DNA of 56,528 bases, filler included, from Sluysia triapertura (lineage: Eukaryota): the NCBI GenBank assembly GCA_046118255.1. It is 4 parts of 4 records of this genome, joined end to end, with 100 filler letters (N's around TTAATTAATTAA, not from the genome) between each part and the next. Parts side by side here need not be neighbours in the genome. Positions count along the whole stretch, not along the records: positions 1 to 16,725 come from JBJNIA010198598.1; positions 16,826 to 27,770 come from JBJNIA010191096.1; 2 more parts are not named here. One strand, written 5' to 3'. The notes below the pieces were generated by a model. It searched no databases and was not told where the DNA came from. It saw nothing but the letters and a program-made list of their open reading frames with translations. Numbering within the stretch: position 1 is the stretch's first letter; each line of letters begins with the position of its first letter. Below are positions 13,401-25,618 of the stretch, in pieces. A program made the translations under genes and the position numbers.

Positions 13401-16400
13401 GAAGAGTGTCTGCGAGAAACTACTGACGAATAATTGCAAAATTCACTGTTGGTAATTTTGTCGTTTATGATGAAGATAGAAGTGGGTTAAAGATGATGTC
13501 TTGTTTATATTTTTCAATTTACATGTTTTCTTTATTGGTTAAATAAATATTATTTTCTATGTGACAAGACTTTCGTTGCAATCCTATATAAATGTATTTT
13601 ATAGATAAATAATAATATTATATAATTTATTTACTACACAATATGAAAAATATAATTAAATTTATATAAAAAATACAATCATAAGGCTTTAATTACAAAT
13701 AAAAATAAATCTTAAATAAATTTATTTGTTTATTTTTATATCGTCAAGCAATTAAATTTTTGTTACGAAACGTTACATTAATAATTAAAAACAAAAGCAA
13801 CAATTACATTATAAATTGTGTAATAAATTATAAATTTAATTAAGTTTTACTATTGGGTGATTCAGTTCTACATATCTTTTTAAACAATAAGCAGGTATCA
13901 TTAAATCATAATTTCCATTTAGTTAAACATCGTATGTAAAGTGAAAATATTTCTTGAATTTTTAATCTAATTTTAACAATTTGAATTTCCTCGTTATTCG
14001 ACTAAATATCAACCTTGATATTAAGAATTTCTACGACATTAATTTTACAACAAAAAGTGTGTCTGATAGCACATTGGTCATTCAAGACTTCAATTATGTA
14101 TTGGCTCACCACAAAACATACAATGTTTATTATCTTCAGAAACATAATAGTTAAGTCACAATTCTTAAAACTTCTCATTCCACAGCTTTCATATCTTTTT
14201 ATATATTGTAAACATCAATATACATAATTTCTATTTATCTTAAGCCACAATCATCAATCACTTTCCTGTTTATATTTCTATCATCTTTAGTAGAAGTTTT
14301 AGGTAATTAGTCTCATTTTAGGTTATTTCTATTCAGTTAAAAATCAAAATAGTAATATATTTCTTACAACTTGCTAACCTATTCGGTCAATATCATATTA
14401 CATCCTTCGTATCTTTCTCTACATTTTAAATCGTTTGTGTTTCAAAAATCTACAACCAGAGAATGTCAAATTACTGGAAGATTATAAAATATTTAAGTAA
14501 AAGACAATGTACTGTCTGTATCAGAAATATTATAATGAATGACTTATTTTAAGCGAGTTTGAGTATTTATTTTACAGTAGATATGAGCGCAATATAAATT
14601 AATGTATTATTATTATTACTATTATACATTTCAGAACTAAATATAAAATCAATTACCATAATATCTCGAACTTAAAACAGCTTAAGAAAAATCATTTAAC
14701 ACAAGAAATCTAAAACAGGAAGAATTTTATATTCAATATAGGCATAATTTAACTTTGTCGTAATTCTTTAAGATAATAATAATAAATATAAATATAAAAT
14801 TAATTTATAATAATATTTATAAAATAATATTATTAATTTATAAAATAATATTATTTTATTAAGTAATATTTACGTAATTATTAATGTCATTATTGATATA
14901 ATCATTATATTACAGTCTCTATGAAAATTGTATTTTCTATAACAGTTTCTAAGTAAAGTTTCATTGACAAGAACATAAACAAAAATTTTGTTTGCAGGAT
15001 AATGCTCATTTTTCACTTAATGTTATACATCATTTTATAATTAATAAAACATTTCATCATATCAATAAAGTCAATTAATTTCAGTGAACCACGAAAAATA
15101 ACTCAAATTAGATCTAATAGTTTAATTGTAAAGTTTGATCCTACTTTTATTCAATATGAAAATGGGAGAGAATTAAATTTTTTGTGTTATTTTTATTATT
15201 TTTGTCTATACGTTTCATTATGCAATTCATAATGTATTATTGTTTATTATTGTTTTCTGATTTTACTCAAGGTGGATCTAGGCCCAATTAATTTAAAGTT
15301 TATGATAGGGTGCATTTTATTAAATAAAATGAATTTTATGACACAAAAAATGACAAGATTCCATGAATCTAAGTTTGGAATGAGAGTTGAAATAAAATCT
15401 ACCCGATTTTCATTTTTTGTCTTTGAGATTGAAATAAATCTCAGCCGAAGTTCGAAAATAATTTAAATAATAATTAAATTAATAAATGATAATTTATATA
15501 AAAATCTAAAAGTAATGAACGAGTTATTAACATTGAGACTAAACCTTCTGAAAGTAATAAAATTTCGGTCAAATACAATTAATAAAGAAATGATTGAACA
15601 TAGATTCACTTACAATGAACATTTATGTATAAATAAAATTGGCAGAATAAATATCCGTTATCACGAATAAAATTTAAATATCCCAAATAAATAAATAAAT
15701 TAATTATTAATTAAATTATTAATTATTAATTAATTATTAAATGTTTAAACAAGGAAATTATAAATCTCATAATCGCAAATCAGTAAGCACCTCTCAGAGC
15801 AATTACAACATGAACATTGCGCAATTCAGAAAATTAAACAAGGAACGGAAACTATAACATTAAATCAAAATAATCAATGTAAAAAGAAGTAATAACCAAA
15901 CGTTACGCTATAGTAATGTAACTCTAACCTAAGGCATGGTTTTCTGTTGAATGACTTTAGGTGAAACCTAATTCTTTGCTTAGAATCTCATTAATTTTGT
16001 TGTGGAATTAAAATCAAAATCAGCTCACTTATATAGTCAATTTTTCTCTCTGGTGAACAATTAAAAATAATGCACAAACCCTACAAACATTCAATTCCTT
16101 TGTTGACACAAAACAGACATTCATTTATCAAAGCAAGTAGGATTAAACCTCACAAGTATTGTCAAGTTTGCTAATTAACTTTATGTTATAAGTTCATTTA
16201 TGTTTTTCAATAAACATAAAATATTTTATTTCCTCACAAAATAATCAACTTCACTTTTTATATGATTTACTCTAATTTTAATAACTTCTTTGTATCTACT
16301 ATGTAATACGTTGTACGTTAACACTACGGAGTCCTAGTTATTCACAAATTCACATCAAATTTACCTACAAATATTCCATTCACGCCACAATCTCCCTACA

Positions 16401-16629
16401 CTTTTATACAGAATATTAATTCTTATATTAAGAGATTATTTTAACACTTATCCGAAATTATTACTGCATTTTAATTTAAAAACGTAATTTACTAAACTAA
16501 GCGTTACAATGAGACTCATAGTTTATAAATTAAAATCTTTCATTAGTCACATAGGTACTTGTATGAATGTTTATGTTTTAGCAAACAAATAATAATTAAT
16601 AATTAATTAATATTTATTTATTAAAATAA
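10446..16629. mobile_element. ~6.2-kb segment bounded by ~210-bp inverted repeats; candidate degenerate MULE-type DNA transposon
   Basis: 10446-10655 is the reverse complement of 16421-16629 with few mismatches. Faint minus-strand SWIM-like (CAIN..CNWIC..STCT..FKHIYY, ~12650-12760) and WNEKF..LLCF* (~14130-14185) traces. No TSD identified. Confidence 0.45.
13150..13510 (+). pseudogene. Intronless degenerate Ser/Thr kinase fragment (STE20/PAK-like subdomains I-VII)
   Basis: Open frame 13282-13455: IVTDSYHLKNIILWLVMELNRGDLTYFLWKDRMSAPVIEKSVCEKLL, similar to PAK DSYLVGDELWVVMEY..GSLT..RMNEEQIATVC. Flanking frames give YKIGTK, KCLVKMN and NFVVYDEDRSGLKM. No HRD or DFG. Confidence 0.45.
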
Positions 16630-16725
16630 TAATTTATTTATTGATTTACTTTATTAAATTAATAATAATTAATAATTAAATAATATTTATTTTATTAAAA
16701 TAATAATTTATTTATTTTATTAAAT

Positions 16726-16825
16726 NNNNNNNNNNNNNNNNNNNNNNNNNNNNNNNNNNNNNNNNNNNNTTAATTAATTAANNNNNNNNNNNNNNNNNNN
16801 NNNNNNNNNNNNNNNNNNNNNNNNN
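16726..16825. other. Artificial contig linker
   Basis: 44 N + TTAATTAATTAA (stops in all six frames) + 44 N. Confidence 0.97.
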
Positions 16826-17189
16826 GAAATTATATCAATTCAAACATCCTTATTATAAGTTTGATAACTCAGGTGATATTCGGAATGTTTTCCTTGCTGT
16901 TCGACAAACGAATATAATTTTACTTAACAAAGTATTTTATTCTTTGATTATTCATATATTTTTATTATTATATATTACGTGTTTTAAATTAATATATCGT
17001 GTTTCTCAATATTCGTTATTAATGTTTTTAATGTTAGTTAATTCGGGCCTTAAGCCCCTTTTGTTAATAGTTAAATCGAATAGTTATTTTCGTTTAATTG
17101 TTTTTAAAGTTTTGAAAGAAAAAAAACATAATATTTTAAAAAACTCAAAAATTATAAAAAGTTCGAAAATACCCACAACACTTTAGGAA

Positions 17190-17683
17190 TGATAAGTGGA
17201 ATGTCTGATTTAATACGTAAGATTTAAATTAATGAATTCTCACACCAATGATATGATATTATTGAGGATGTGGAATATTATGAATTGTCGGCATATGAAA
17301 AAGTTTTATGATATTAGACTTTGCACAGATTTAGGATAAATGACATAATTACAAGAAATTGTGTATTTGTACTTCTTGATGTAAAGAAAATATATTTTAA
17401 AATTTTAATGCACCTAGATAATAGAAAATAGTTGGAATTTTGTTTTTTGGCTATTGGCTGGTTTTAATACAAAAGAATCCCGCTTGGAAATGTTTCAAAA
17501 ATGCACGGAACACAATATAGATGGTTTTGGCTGTGCATTATTTATGCATTTGCTCTACATAGAACGATTTATAAAACTTTCTCACATATTTACACATATC
17601 TTCAAACTAAAGTCAAGTTTTCAGTTTATTCAGTTGCCCAAATCTTTGTCAACTTAACCAAATCATTGGAAATTAAATTTTAA
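17190..17683 (+). pseudogene. Decayed intronless orphan ORF
   Basis: Mostly open frame YDIIEDVEYYELSAYEKVL*...RINDIITRNCVFVLLDVKKIYFKILMHL...MHGTQYRWFWLCIIYAF...SLEIKF* with scattered stops. Confidence 0.35.
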
Positions 17684-18597
17684 AATTTTAACTTTTATAA
17701 AAATAAATTATTAAATAAAATAAAATAAACAAAGACAAATAATTTAATAAATTAATTATATCAAATAGTGTTGTTCAAAAATTTTAAAATAATATATAAA
17801 ATTAAAAATTATTTACAAATAATTTATACAAAAAAATGGAAATGAATAACTTTAATGTTATAATTAAATGCAAAAGAGCAAAAACTTGAAAATGTTAGAA
17901 ATAATCTTTTTTTTGTTATAACAAGTTTGTGATAATAATGTGGAAATATTATTAAATAATGAATAATCATTATGTAAATAATTAAATTTATTTTAAAAAC
18001 ATATTTATTTTAATGTTTCAAATTATTTTGGTAAATAATTTTAATTTATTTAATTAAGGAAAGTTAATATATAATAAATAACATTAATTGATTTAGTAAA
18101 AATAATTTATGCAATATTTAAATATTCAGAAATATTATAAATTTAAAATAAAATATTTGAGGTTTATTTTATATATATATTTATTTATTTGTATTTATTT
18201 ATATGTATACATTACAATAATTGCAAAGTATTCAATTTCTAGATAATTATTAAGTAAATTATCAAGAAATGATTAGATTTATTAATATAACCATAAGTTA
18301 ATTCAAAGTAAAAAAATTTAATTTCAGGAAAGCGAATTTCTAATTAAAATTTATTAATTTCATCTTTTTTTTGTTTCTCATTTTGTATTAAAATGAAATC
18401 TTTTGATAAACTTTCATAAATAATTTTATAGTAGGCGAAATGAAAATATCCAAAAGTTTAAGTAAAATTACAATTAGAATATGAAACAATGTCATAAAGC
18501 TTTTTATTTTCAAAATTTTTGATGATATTCTTGATAATAATGTTTTTGTAAAATTATTACAAAGAAGAATAAATAATAAAATATTTGAAAGCGCGAT

Positions 18598-18598
18598 A

Positions 18599-18654
<56 letters not shown>
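18598..18654. repeat. (AAT)n microsatellite
   Basis: Directly visible; it produces the spurious poly-L and poly-Y ORFs. Confidence 0.95.
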
Positions 18655-18657
<3 letters not shown>

Positions 18658-19011
18658 TGAAAAATTATAGTTATAGCTAGTATAAAATTCATTTAATGAA
18701 ATATCGATGAAATATGGAAGCACAGTTGATATAAAAATATTATTATTATCGCATTATTATTATTAATATTAATTTTATTGTTGTTACGGTGGGTTGTACA
18801 CCACTTATAGCATCTTGATAATTAGTGCATCTTTAATAAAGCTTAGAGTTAGTTTCAAGAGTTACATTTGAGGATAAGTCGTTAGAGATTTTTTGAGATG
18901 AATCGAAATGACCAACAATGCTAACTAAAAAGGGAAGGTACATTTATGACATTTTCAATGATGTAATCTCTTGCTATGATTACTGTGGAGAGGTTATTTT
19001 ATTCTTTAGTA

Positions 19012-19610
19012 TTAATAAATTATAATTATTTTTATATTAAAAAAGATTAAGATTTTGTTTAATAAAAAACAATTAAAATTCAACATTAAAAGAATTAAAA
19101 TAATAACAAATTTGTTAATTAATAAACCAGGCTTAAGGCCTTTTAAATATGACAATTTTAACGAAAAAATGACGAAATTTAGAAATTTATTAACACAAAT
19201 AAAATTTAAAAAACATATAACTGTGATTAAAAAATAAATTGTAATTCTCATAGTTAAATCCATTTCATCTATTGCACATATTAAATCTCCATAATTCATA
19301 ATTGTACAAAGTAATGTGCCTCGTTTGATTGAATAGTTTGCACGCATTGATTCATAACACTGTAAACGTGAATCATACAAAACAGTATAATTAAAAGCAT
19401 CAAATATGGCGAGACATGAATTTGGAATTACGAAGTACTTTATAATCACTGGTTTATTTGAATACATGAAATTTTGACAACATTCAATACATTTAACAAA
19501 ATTAATTTTTTAACACAAATAAGGCCTGCATCTCCATATATAGAATAACACAAATTTCGAAATACAATAACAATAAATATAAAATAAACGGTATTTGCTG
19601 TTTTTATCAT
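19012..19610 (-). CDS. Orphan Cys-rich putative surface protein (signal peptide + C-terminal TM); one frameshift
   Basis: ATG 19610 gives MIKTANTVYFIFIVIVFRNLCYS. A shift at the homopolymer near 19505-19511 joins KCIECCQNF and the 151-aa ORF, which carries further Cys and the TM-like ITIYFLITVICFLNFICV. Confidence 0.45.
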
Positions 19611-19859
19611 ATAACTATAGTAAATTATTGATTTTTTGAGTCTTAATAATTTCCTGAGGTATGAATTTATATGATTAAAAAATTATACAACGATCATTTA
19701 AGAATTACTTAACTAAACCAATGCAGATATATAATATTAAAACAAAATAATTTAAACTTTAAAATAATACCAAGTGCATAACTAAATAATGTATCTAAAT
19801 AGATTAGTATTTAAATAATCTAAATACGAAAGTAAGGTCTAGCTATACAAAGCCTTAGG

Positions 19860-20396
19860 CTATAATTTAAGGATTGATATAATTCGGAATGATGAATAGA
19901 TAATTCTATTTGATATGAAGAATAAACATAATCTAGTTTTTATTACCATTTCTGAACATTTCATTTGGCTGAATAATAAATTCATTAGGTGTGTGATATC
20001 GTGCAATTTTAAGATTGTGGCATATTCTCGATTAACGATATCTTTTAAGACAAAATATTTATTAATTGAATAAATATGTCTAATAAGCATTCCAAAAATA
20101 GCGTAATTTGTTAAAACGGTATTTAAAATTGAATTGGAATCTAAAACAAGATTACCACGAGAATATAAGTAAAAATTGCAATTCGGTATAAATTGATATA
20201 GCTGTTTTTTATTCAAATATGACTTCGAAGATTTTAGTTGAACTATATTAAAATCATTTAACTTGAAAGATGACTCTAAAATAACATAATTAAATCTACT
20301 AGCTGAAATATCAAGAGACGCTATCCTTAAAACTGATTCATAGATTATCAATACTAATAAATTTCCTAATTTTACATCAGAAATAGAATAAAACAA
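19860..20396 (-). CDS. Orphan intronless ORF (178 aa), function unknown
   Basis: Long stop-free frame in very AT-rich DNA; no recognised domain; start uncertain. Confidence 0.45.
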   Translation of the reverse strand: MFYSISDVKLGNLLVLIIYESVLRIASLDISASRFNYVILESSFKLNDFNIVQLKSSKSYLNKKQLYQFIPNCNFYLYSRGNLVLDSNSILNTVLTNYAIFGMLIRHIYSINKYFVLKDIVNREYATILKLHDITHLMNLLFSQMKCSEMVIKTRLCLFFISNRIIYSSFRIISILKL

Positions 20397-22344
20397 TAAG
20401 AAAAAAGGTTGAAGGTATTGTTAAGAAAAATAATAATGATAACAATAACGTAATTATTATATGTTTTAAAATAATAGTATTGTTGATGTTAATATGAAAG
20501 TTATTATGTGGCAATCGCGGCAATTATATTATACGACAATAATCCTAATAATTATTATGTACTTTGATACGACTGGAATTTTAATAACGATAGCTGTAGT
20601 TCATGATAATTATGTACAATGGTTATGCTTGTTTTGTGAATGAGTCTAGTAGTTTGTTTAGTGATCTGTATATGTAAGTGATGTATATGTATGTGATGTT
20701 ATGTGATTTCCCTACAACATGTAAAGTGTAAATATTTTTATAAAAATAACATTTATATTTTATGTTAAATAATTTTTATTTTATTTTGATTTTTATATTT
20801 TATGTAACTTTTAAAAATCATTATTTTTAGTATTAAATAAAGGGAAAAATATTTAATTAAAATTAACTAAAAAATAAACAAAAATAAAATAATTAATAAA
20901 TCAAAAAATAAATAACTATTTGATAATAATTAATTTTAAGTTTATTTTAAATTTTTAAAATTTCTTTATTAAATTTTAGATTTTGTTTAGTTAAATTAAT
21001 TAAGAAAAGGTAAATGTAATGTAAATGTAATATATATGCTTAGATAAATTTTAGAAGAATAACAAGAATACGTAGATGTCGTTGTGATAATTTTCATGCG
21101 CAAGTAATTTTTTGATTACATTATTGTAAAATAAATGTATTAATAGACTTAACTTAACTTTGCTTTGTCTAGACCGTAACAGACTAGATCAATTTTAGTA
21201 TAAACTTCAATATCATCAAGGAAATCAATCCTTTTGAGTGGTATTAAAATTATCATCTTTTACTATAGTTATTTTTATAAGTGTGTCAACTTTTATTAGT
21301 GTTTCATATTAATAAACGTATTTTATTTAAATTACTTCTGTTTTAAAAACCAATTTTATTATGAAAAATAGACGGTATCTGGCTAGTTCAGAATATTAAA
21401 ATAATTGATTAGAAGATACTGGAGCGTGCAAAGACTAGTTCAAACTAAATTTTTGAACACTAGATCGTAATACGACTAGTTCAGTATAAAAATAAATTTT
21501 GTGACTAATAAACTTAAGTTATATATCTGATATTCGTTAATTACATAAATAGTACAGGCGACTTGTTTGTACTTTGATTTAAAATCCTAATAACACGTCT
21601 TCTACGTTGATATAAATCGTGTATATTAGGTGGACTCGGATTTCAGTTTTCTTTTTTTGTAAGTGTAAGTTAATACATAAGTATATATGAATATTACAAA
21701 CATTAATATAAGCATTATTATTATTTATGAATTAATTAATTAATGACTATAATTTTAAATATAAATTAATTGTACTATCCATAAATTAAAATAATTATGA
21801 GTAAACTTTGAAATATTGATAGTAATTTGTAATTGAACATTTTATAGAAGTACCGAATATGTTTTGGAATTAGTCGAATGTAAATATTCTAAACGAATAT
21901 ATCTTTGAGGTGCATCTGTTATATGTATTAAAGATATTATATAAAATTGAAATATGATTAAAGATACATAACTTGTTACAACAGAATGTATAATAAATGA
22001 GAAGTTGTAAAGTATTCCAAATGGTGTTTTAATTTATTGTATCTGAGATATAATGGAGTTGGTATGAGTTGATTTGTATATGTATTATTTATATAAATAA
22101 ATGGTAATTATTTAACAAGCTTATACTTTTAGGATATAGTTTAATGTTTTAAGTTTTGCTTTACAAATTTCATTGTTACAGTAATAATTAAAATAATATT
22201 GAAATAATTAAACGATTTAGTTAGTCTAGTTATGGATATATTTAATTTGGTTTTTTAAAATTCAAAATTGATTTTCTTTACAAAATTTTGAAAATAATAA
22301 ATTTATTACAAAAGTTTTTGATCAAAAAATCTAAAAAATATTTA

Positions 22345-23300
22345 TAGTTTGTTAAGTTGGTTAAACCACACAGTTGAAGTTTATATTTCATAAATACTAC
22401 GATCTTGATTACCATAGGATTGCCTCAAGTCTAAGTTCGTTATCATTGTTCTTAATTATCTGGTAATCTAGAATTTGTGTCTTGAATTTGTTGGATTGAA
22501 GATTACAATTGATTGTGTACTTTTTCATGGATAAAATTAGACTATCGTAAATCATATCATCTACCACATTAAGCTTGGAATCATAACTTATCTCGAAAAC
22601 GTTATGGGCATAATGACAAGAAATACCAAACTTGATGCATATTCCAAATTCAACTAATTGTATCGAACATTTTTGTATCTGAACATTTAGACTTAGATTG
22701 ATTGTAATAAACTTACATGGTATGTTGAATCGGTAGTCGTATTATGTTGGTAATTGACTTTATTATCATTAATCGTGTTCTTTCGTGATGGTAAGTATTG
22801 AACATATAAGTTTTGTTGAAATATAGCTGATGATAAACTGAAAAGAAAATCTTTGAAAGCATAACTGAAGGCAACTTCTGTTAATTCAATTTTATTATAA
22901 GCATGATAACTAAGAGATAATTCTTTGTAATCGTCAAATTGTATATTTAGCCTGATTTGGATATACATTTCATCATTGAACTTTAATTTAAAATTAATAC
23001 CTTCATGTTTCTTATAAATTATTGACACCAAGAAAGCCGTTTTTGAAGAACGTTTGTAAACTATCATTTTGAACGAAATTACGCCAGTTTAACATAAAAC
23101 ATGCTCAGGAACATAATTATACAAAAAATTAAACTTAATTTTGATATATCAACTTTCCGTGTGACATCTGAATCAAACGACCACATATTTATCGGGTAAA
23201 AATATGATGAGTTCACGTATTGAACATGTTCACGTAGATAGATTTCATATTCTAATTTATTCACAAAAAACTGTTCATATCGGGTGATTCTGTTATCATT
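22345..23300 (-). pseudogene. Decayed intronless orphan gene (~320 codons)
   Basis: ORFs 23079-23264 and 22693-23067 and the downstream frame SLNVQIQKCSIQLVEFGICIKFGISCHYAHNVFEISYDSKL follow each other across frameshifts. Confidence 0.5.
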
Positions 23301-23518
23301 GAATATTAATCTTCAAAGTATTTCCAGTATAAAAATTTTTGATGATTTCTGTTTTCTTTATCAAAATAATTTTTTATCTATATTAATTATCTAGTACGTT
23401 TTATTTTTAATTTTATTTTTTTTTTATATTTAATTAATGCTGCTTTTTTACCAAATAAATAAAGTTATTTAACCTTTTAAAATAATTGTGTAACAAATGT
23501 GGCATAGAAAATTGATTA

Positions 23519-23694
23519 TGATTGGGCGTCCAATCAAATAAAAGAAATGACATTAAAAAGTAATATTGATTGGAGGTCCAATCAACTGAATTAGTAACAA
23601 AAATTATTTGATGCACTCAGTAGTTGTCATCAGTAGACAGTTACGTAACCAAAATGATTAAATTTATTTAAAAGCTGTCACTGATGACAGACTA
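23519..23694. promoter_or_regulatory. Cluster of palindromic CCAAT boxes, a TTACGTAA bZIP-type palindrome and an inverted repeat
   Basis: TGATTGGgcgtCCAATCA (23519-23536), TTGATTGGaggtCCAATCAA (23566-23585), GTTACGTAAC (23640-23649), TGTCATCAGTAGACAG / CTGTCACTGATGACA arms. Lies upstream of the 22345-23300 pseudogene. Confidence 0.45.
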
Positions 23695-23849
23695 AACTCG
23701 TACAGTAACAATGATAATAATGGATTAAAAATAATGATGAGATGAAAAATAATAATAATATATAAAAGTACATAAATTTTATTCTTTTAAATCTTTACAT
23801 GAACTTTTCTTTTATAAAATTTTCTTAGATTACATAAATAAAAGTCTCT

Positions 23850-24250
23850 ACTAAAATTAATCTAAATGAAGCTCTTTTTGACTCCAATGCTTTAAACTTA
23901 TTCTGGATTGCGACTTTAATGTTTTTCGATGATATACAAGATTGAGTGTTGAAGGATTATGAACTTGAATGTTTTGGATTAGTTTTAAATGTATATTTGA
24001 TAGTGTAAGATTTAAATTGTGATTCTAATGTTATGAAATTGTGAATTAAAATGTTTTGAATGAAATATGAAATGTACGTTGATGGTTTGCATGAAAATAT
24101 AATTTGATGTTGTAAGTTTGTGAATTTAAGATATTTTGAAATGTGAAAAGGTTTTACACATCTGAGAAAACAAAAATGCAAGACATAAAAACATGCGATA
24201 TTCTATATGAAGTGGTAATTTAAATTTTAAGTGAAAGGTTGGCCACTACA
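23850..24250 (-). repeat. CA-rich (minus) dispersed segment with decayed ORF, homologous to 50130-50760
   Basis: Colinear shared words on the minus strand: TTTCAC..AAAATAT.TTAAAT, AATTT(C)ATAACATT..AGAATCAC, AGTCAAAAA..CTTCAT. Confidence 0.45.
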
Positions 24251-25528
24251 ATCATAAACTATCTATATATTTAAGATGACGATGAGATTCTTTATAATGT
24301 ACAAATGTTACGTAAATAAGGTTATGATAACTATAGTGAATGAGAGGTTTTAATAAATGTTGAAAATATATAATTCGTTTAATTTATATGATTTGTAAGT
24401 TATATAATTAGTATTTTAAAATACAAGCAGATTTTAATATGAAAAGTACATCCAAAGTCCATATAAAATATTACATGTAAACTACTTATAAACTATTCTT
24501 TTGGTAATGTTATTTCAAAGGTTGTTTTAAGAAATTCTATAAAATTATCACTTAAAATATTCGAACTTTAGAATTAACTAGTTGTAACTGTATATATTTT
24601 AACTATGAAAGCCTATGATCACAATTGTTCTGAGAAATAAGAGTTCGCCTGTGATCCGAGTCTTACACAATTAAGGGTTCGTCCACACGATTTTGGAATA
24701 TAAAACAGTAAAGTGAGGTCGAATGCTTAAAGGTAGAATTATTAAGACTTCCTAAAGACGGTGTAGTTCTTTGTATCAAGTAAGATTTAATTAACAAAAT
24801 AAGCTGTGAAATTATTGTATGGTTCTATATATGATTCTATTGGAGTTATACCAACTCTTTTTGATTTATTTTCTAAATTCAGCTAGTTTCAATTAAATGA
24901 TATTTGAGTCATTTTTTATGCTAGGACCAAAATAAAATTTTATCGTCTCATTTAAATTGACGTGAAGAGCTTTGAAAAAGCGACTTATTTTACAAAGTTA
25001 AAACTGTATAATTTAATTCATTATGATTCTTTATCCTACTAAAAAGGTTTACAAAAAATGATGTGAGTAGATTTAGTCTTTGACAAAAGAAAATCAATTA
25101 TTATAAATTATAAAAGTAAGCCTATATGATAAGATATTGTAATAAGATGATGTGGATAACAATAAGATATATAAACAGGGTACAAAATTAAAGTTATAAT
25201 TAAAATAAAATTTAACTTTTTTAAAGATTTTACGACGTGTTCAAAACGTTCGGAAACAATTATTGATTTTTCATGCGATTTTAAATGTGTATTAAATTCA
25301 GAAAAACTTAATTAATTAAAACTAACGTCTTATAAAGTTAGTTTGAACAGCAAAATATTGGTCAATAAATCGGTTGGAGTCTTGTATTAGTAGATGATTT
25401 TAAGTAACTGTTTTTTGTTAAGAGATTTCTTAATTTCGTAGTGTTTGAATAAAGGAAATGACATTTTTGAGATTGTGTTTTCTATCTCTTCCAATATCGT
25501 TCTATCCTCTATTCTATTTTCTGTGAAT

Positions 25529-25618
25529 ATTGTTCTGAAGGATCACAATTATCTGAGAAGTAAAACTGGTAATTGTTCTGAAGGGTCACAATTATCTGAG
25601 AAGTAAAACTGGTAATTG
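25529..25618. repeat. 43-bp tandem duplication
   Basis: ATTGTTCTGAAGG(A/G)TCACAATTATCTGAGAAGTAAAACTGGTA twice, one mismatch. Confidence 0.9.

Noticed and set aside
16726-16825. TTAATTAATTAA palindrome within N runs (three occurrences)
   Set aside because: Identical 100-nt construct each time: an artificial concatenation linker, not biology.
18388-18723. Poly-Leu and poly-Tyr ORFs (also the poly-Asn ORF at 43397-43618)
   Set aside because: Products of (AAT)n microsatellites.
23675-23700. CTGATGA cores (also ~4874, ~22827, ~42697) as hammerhead ribozymes
   Set aside because: No properly placed stem II + GAAA and no flanking helices.
24600-25500. Possible LINE RT remnant on the minus strand
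   Set aside because: Only vague motifs (FKHYEIKKSL, IKSYL); no YADD or GVPQG core recognisable.
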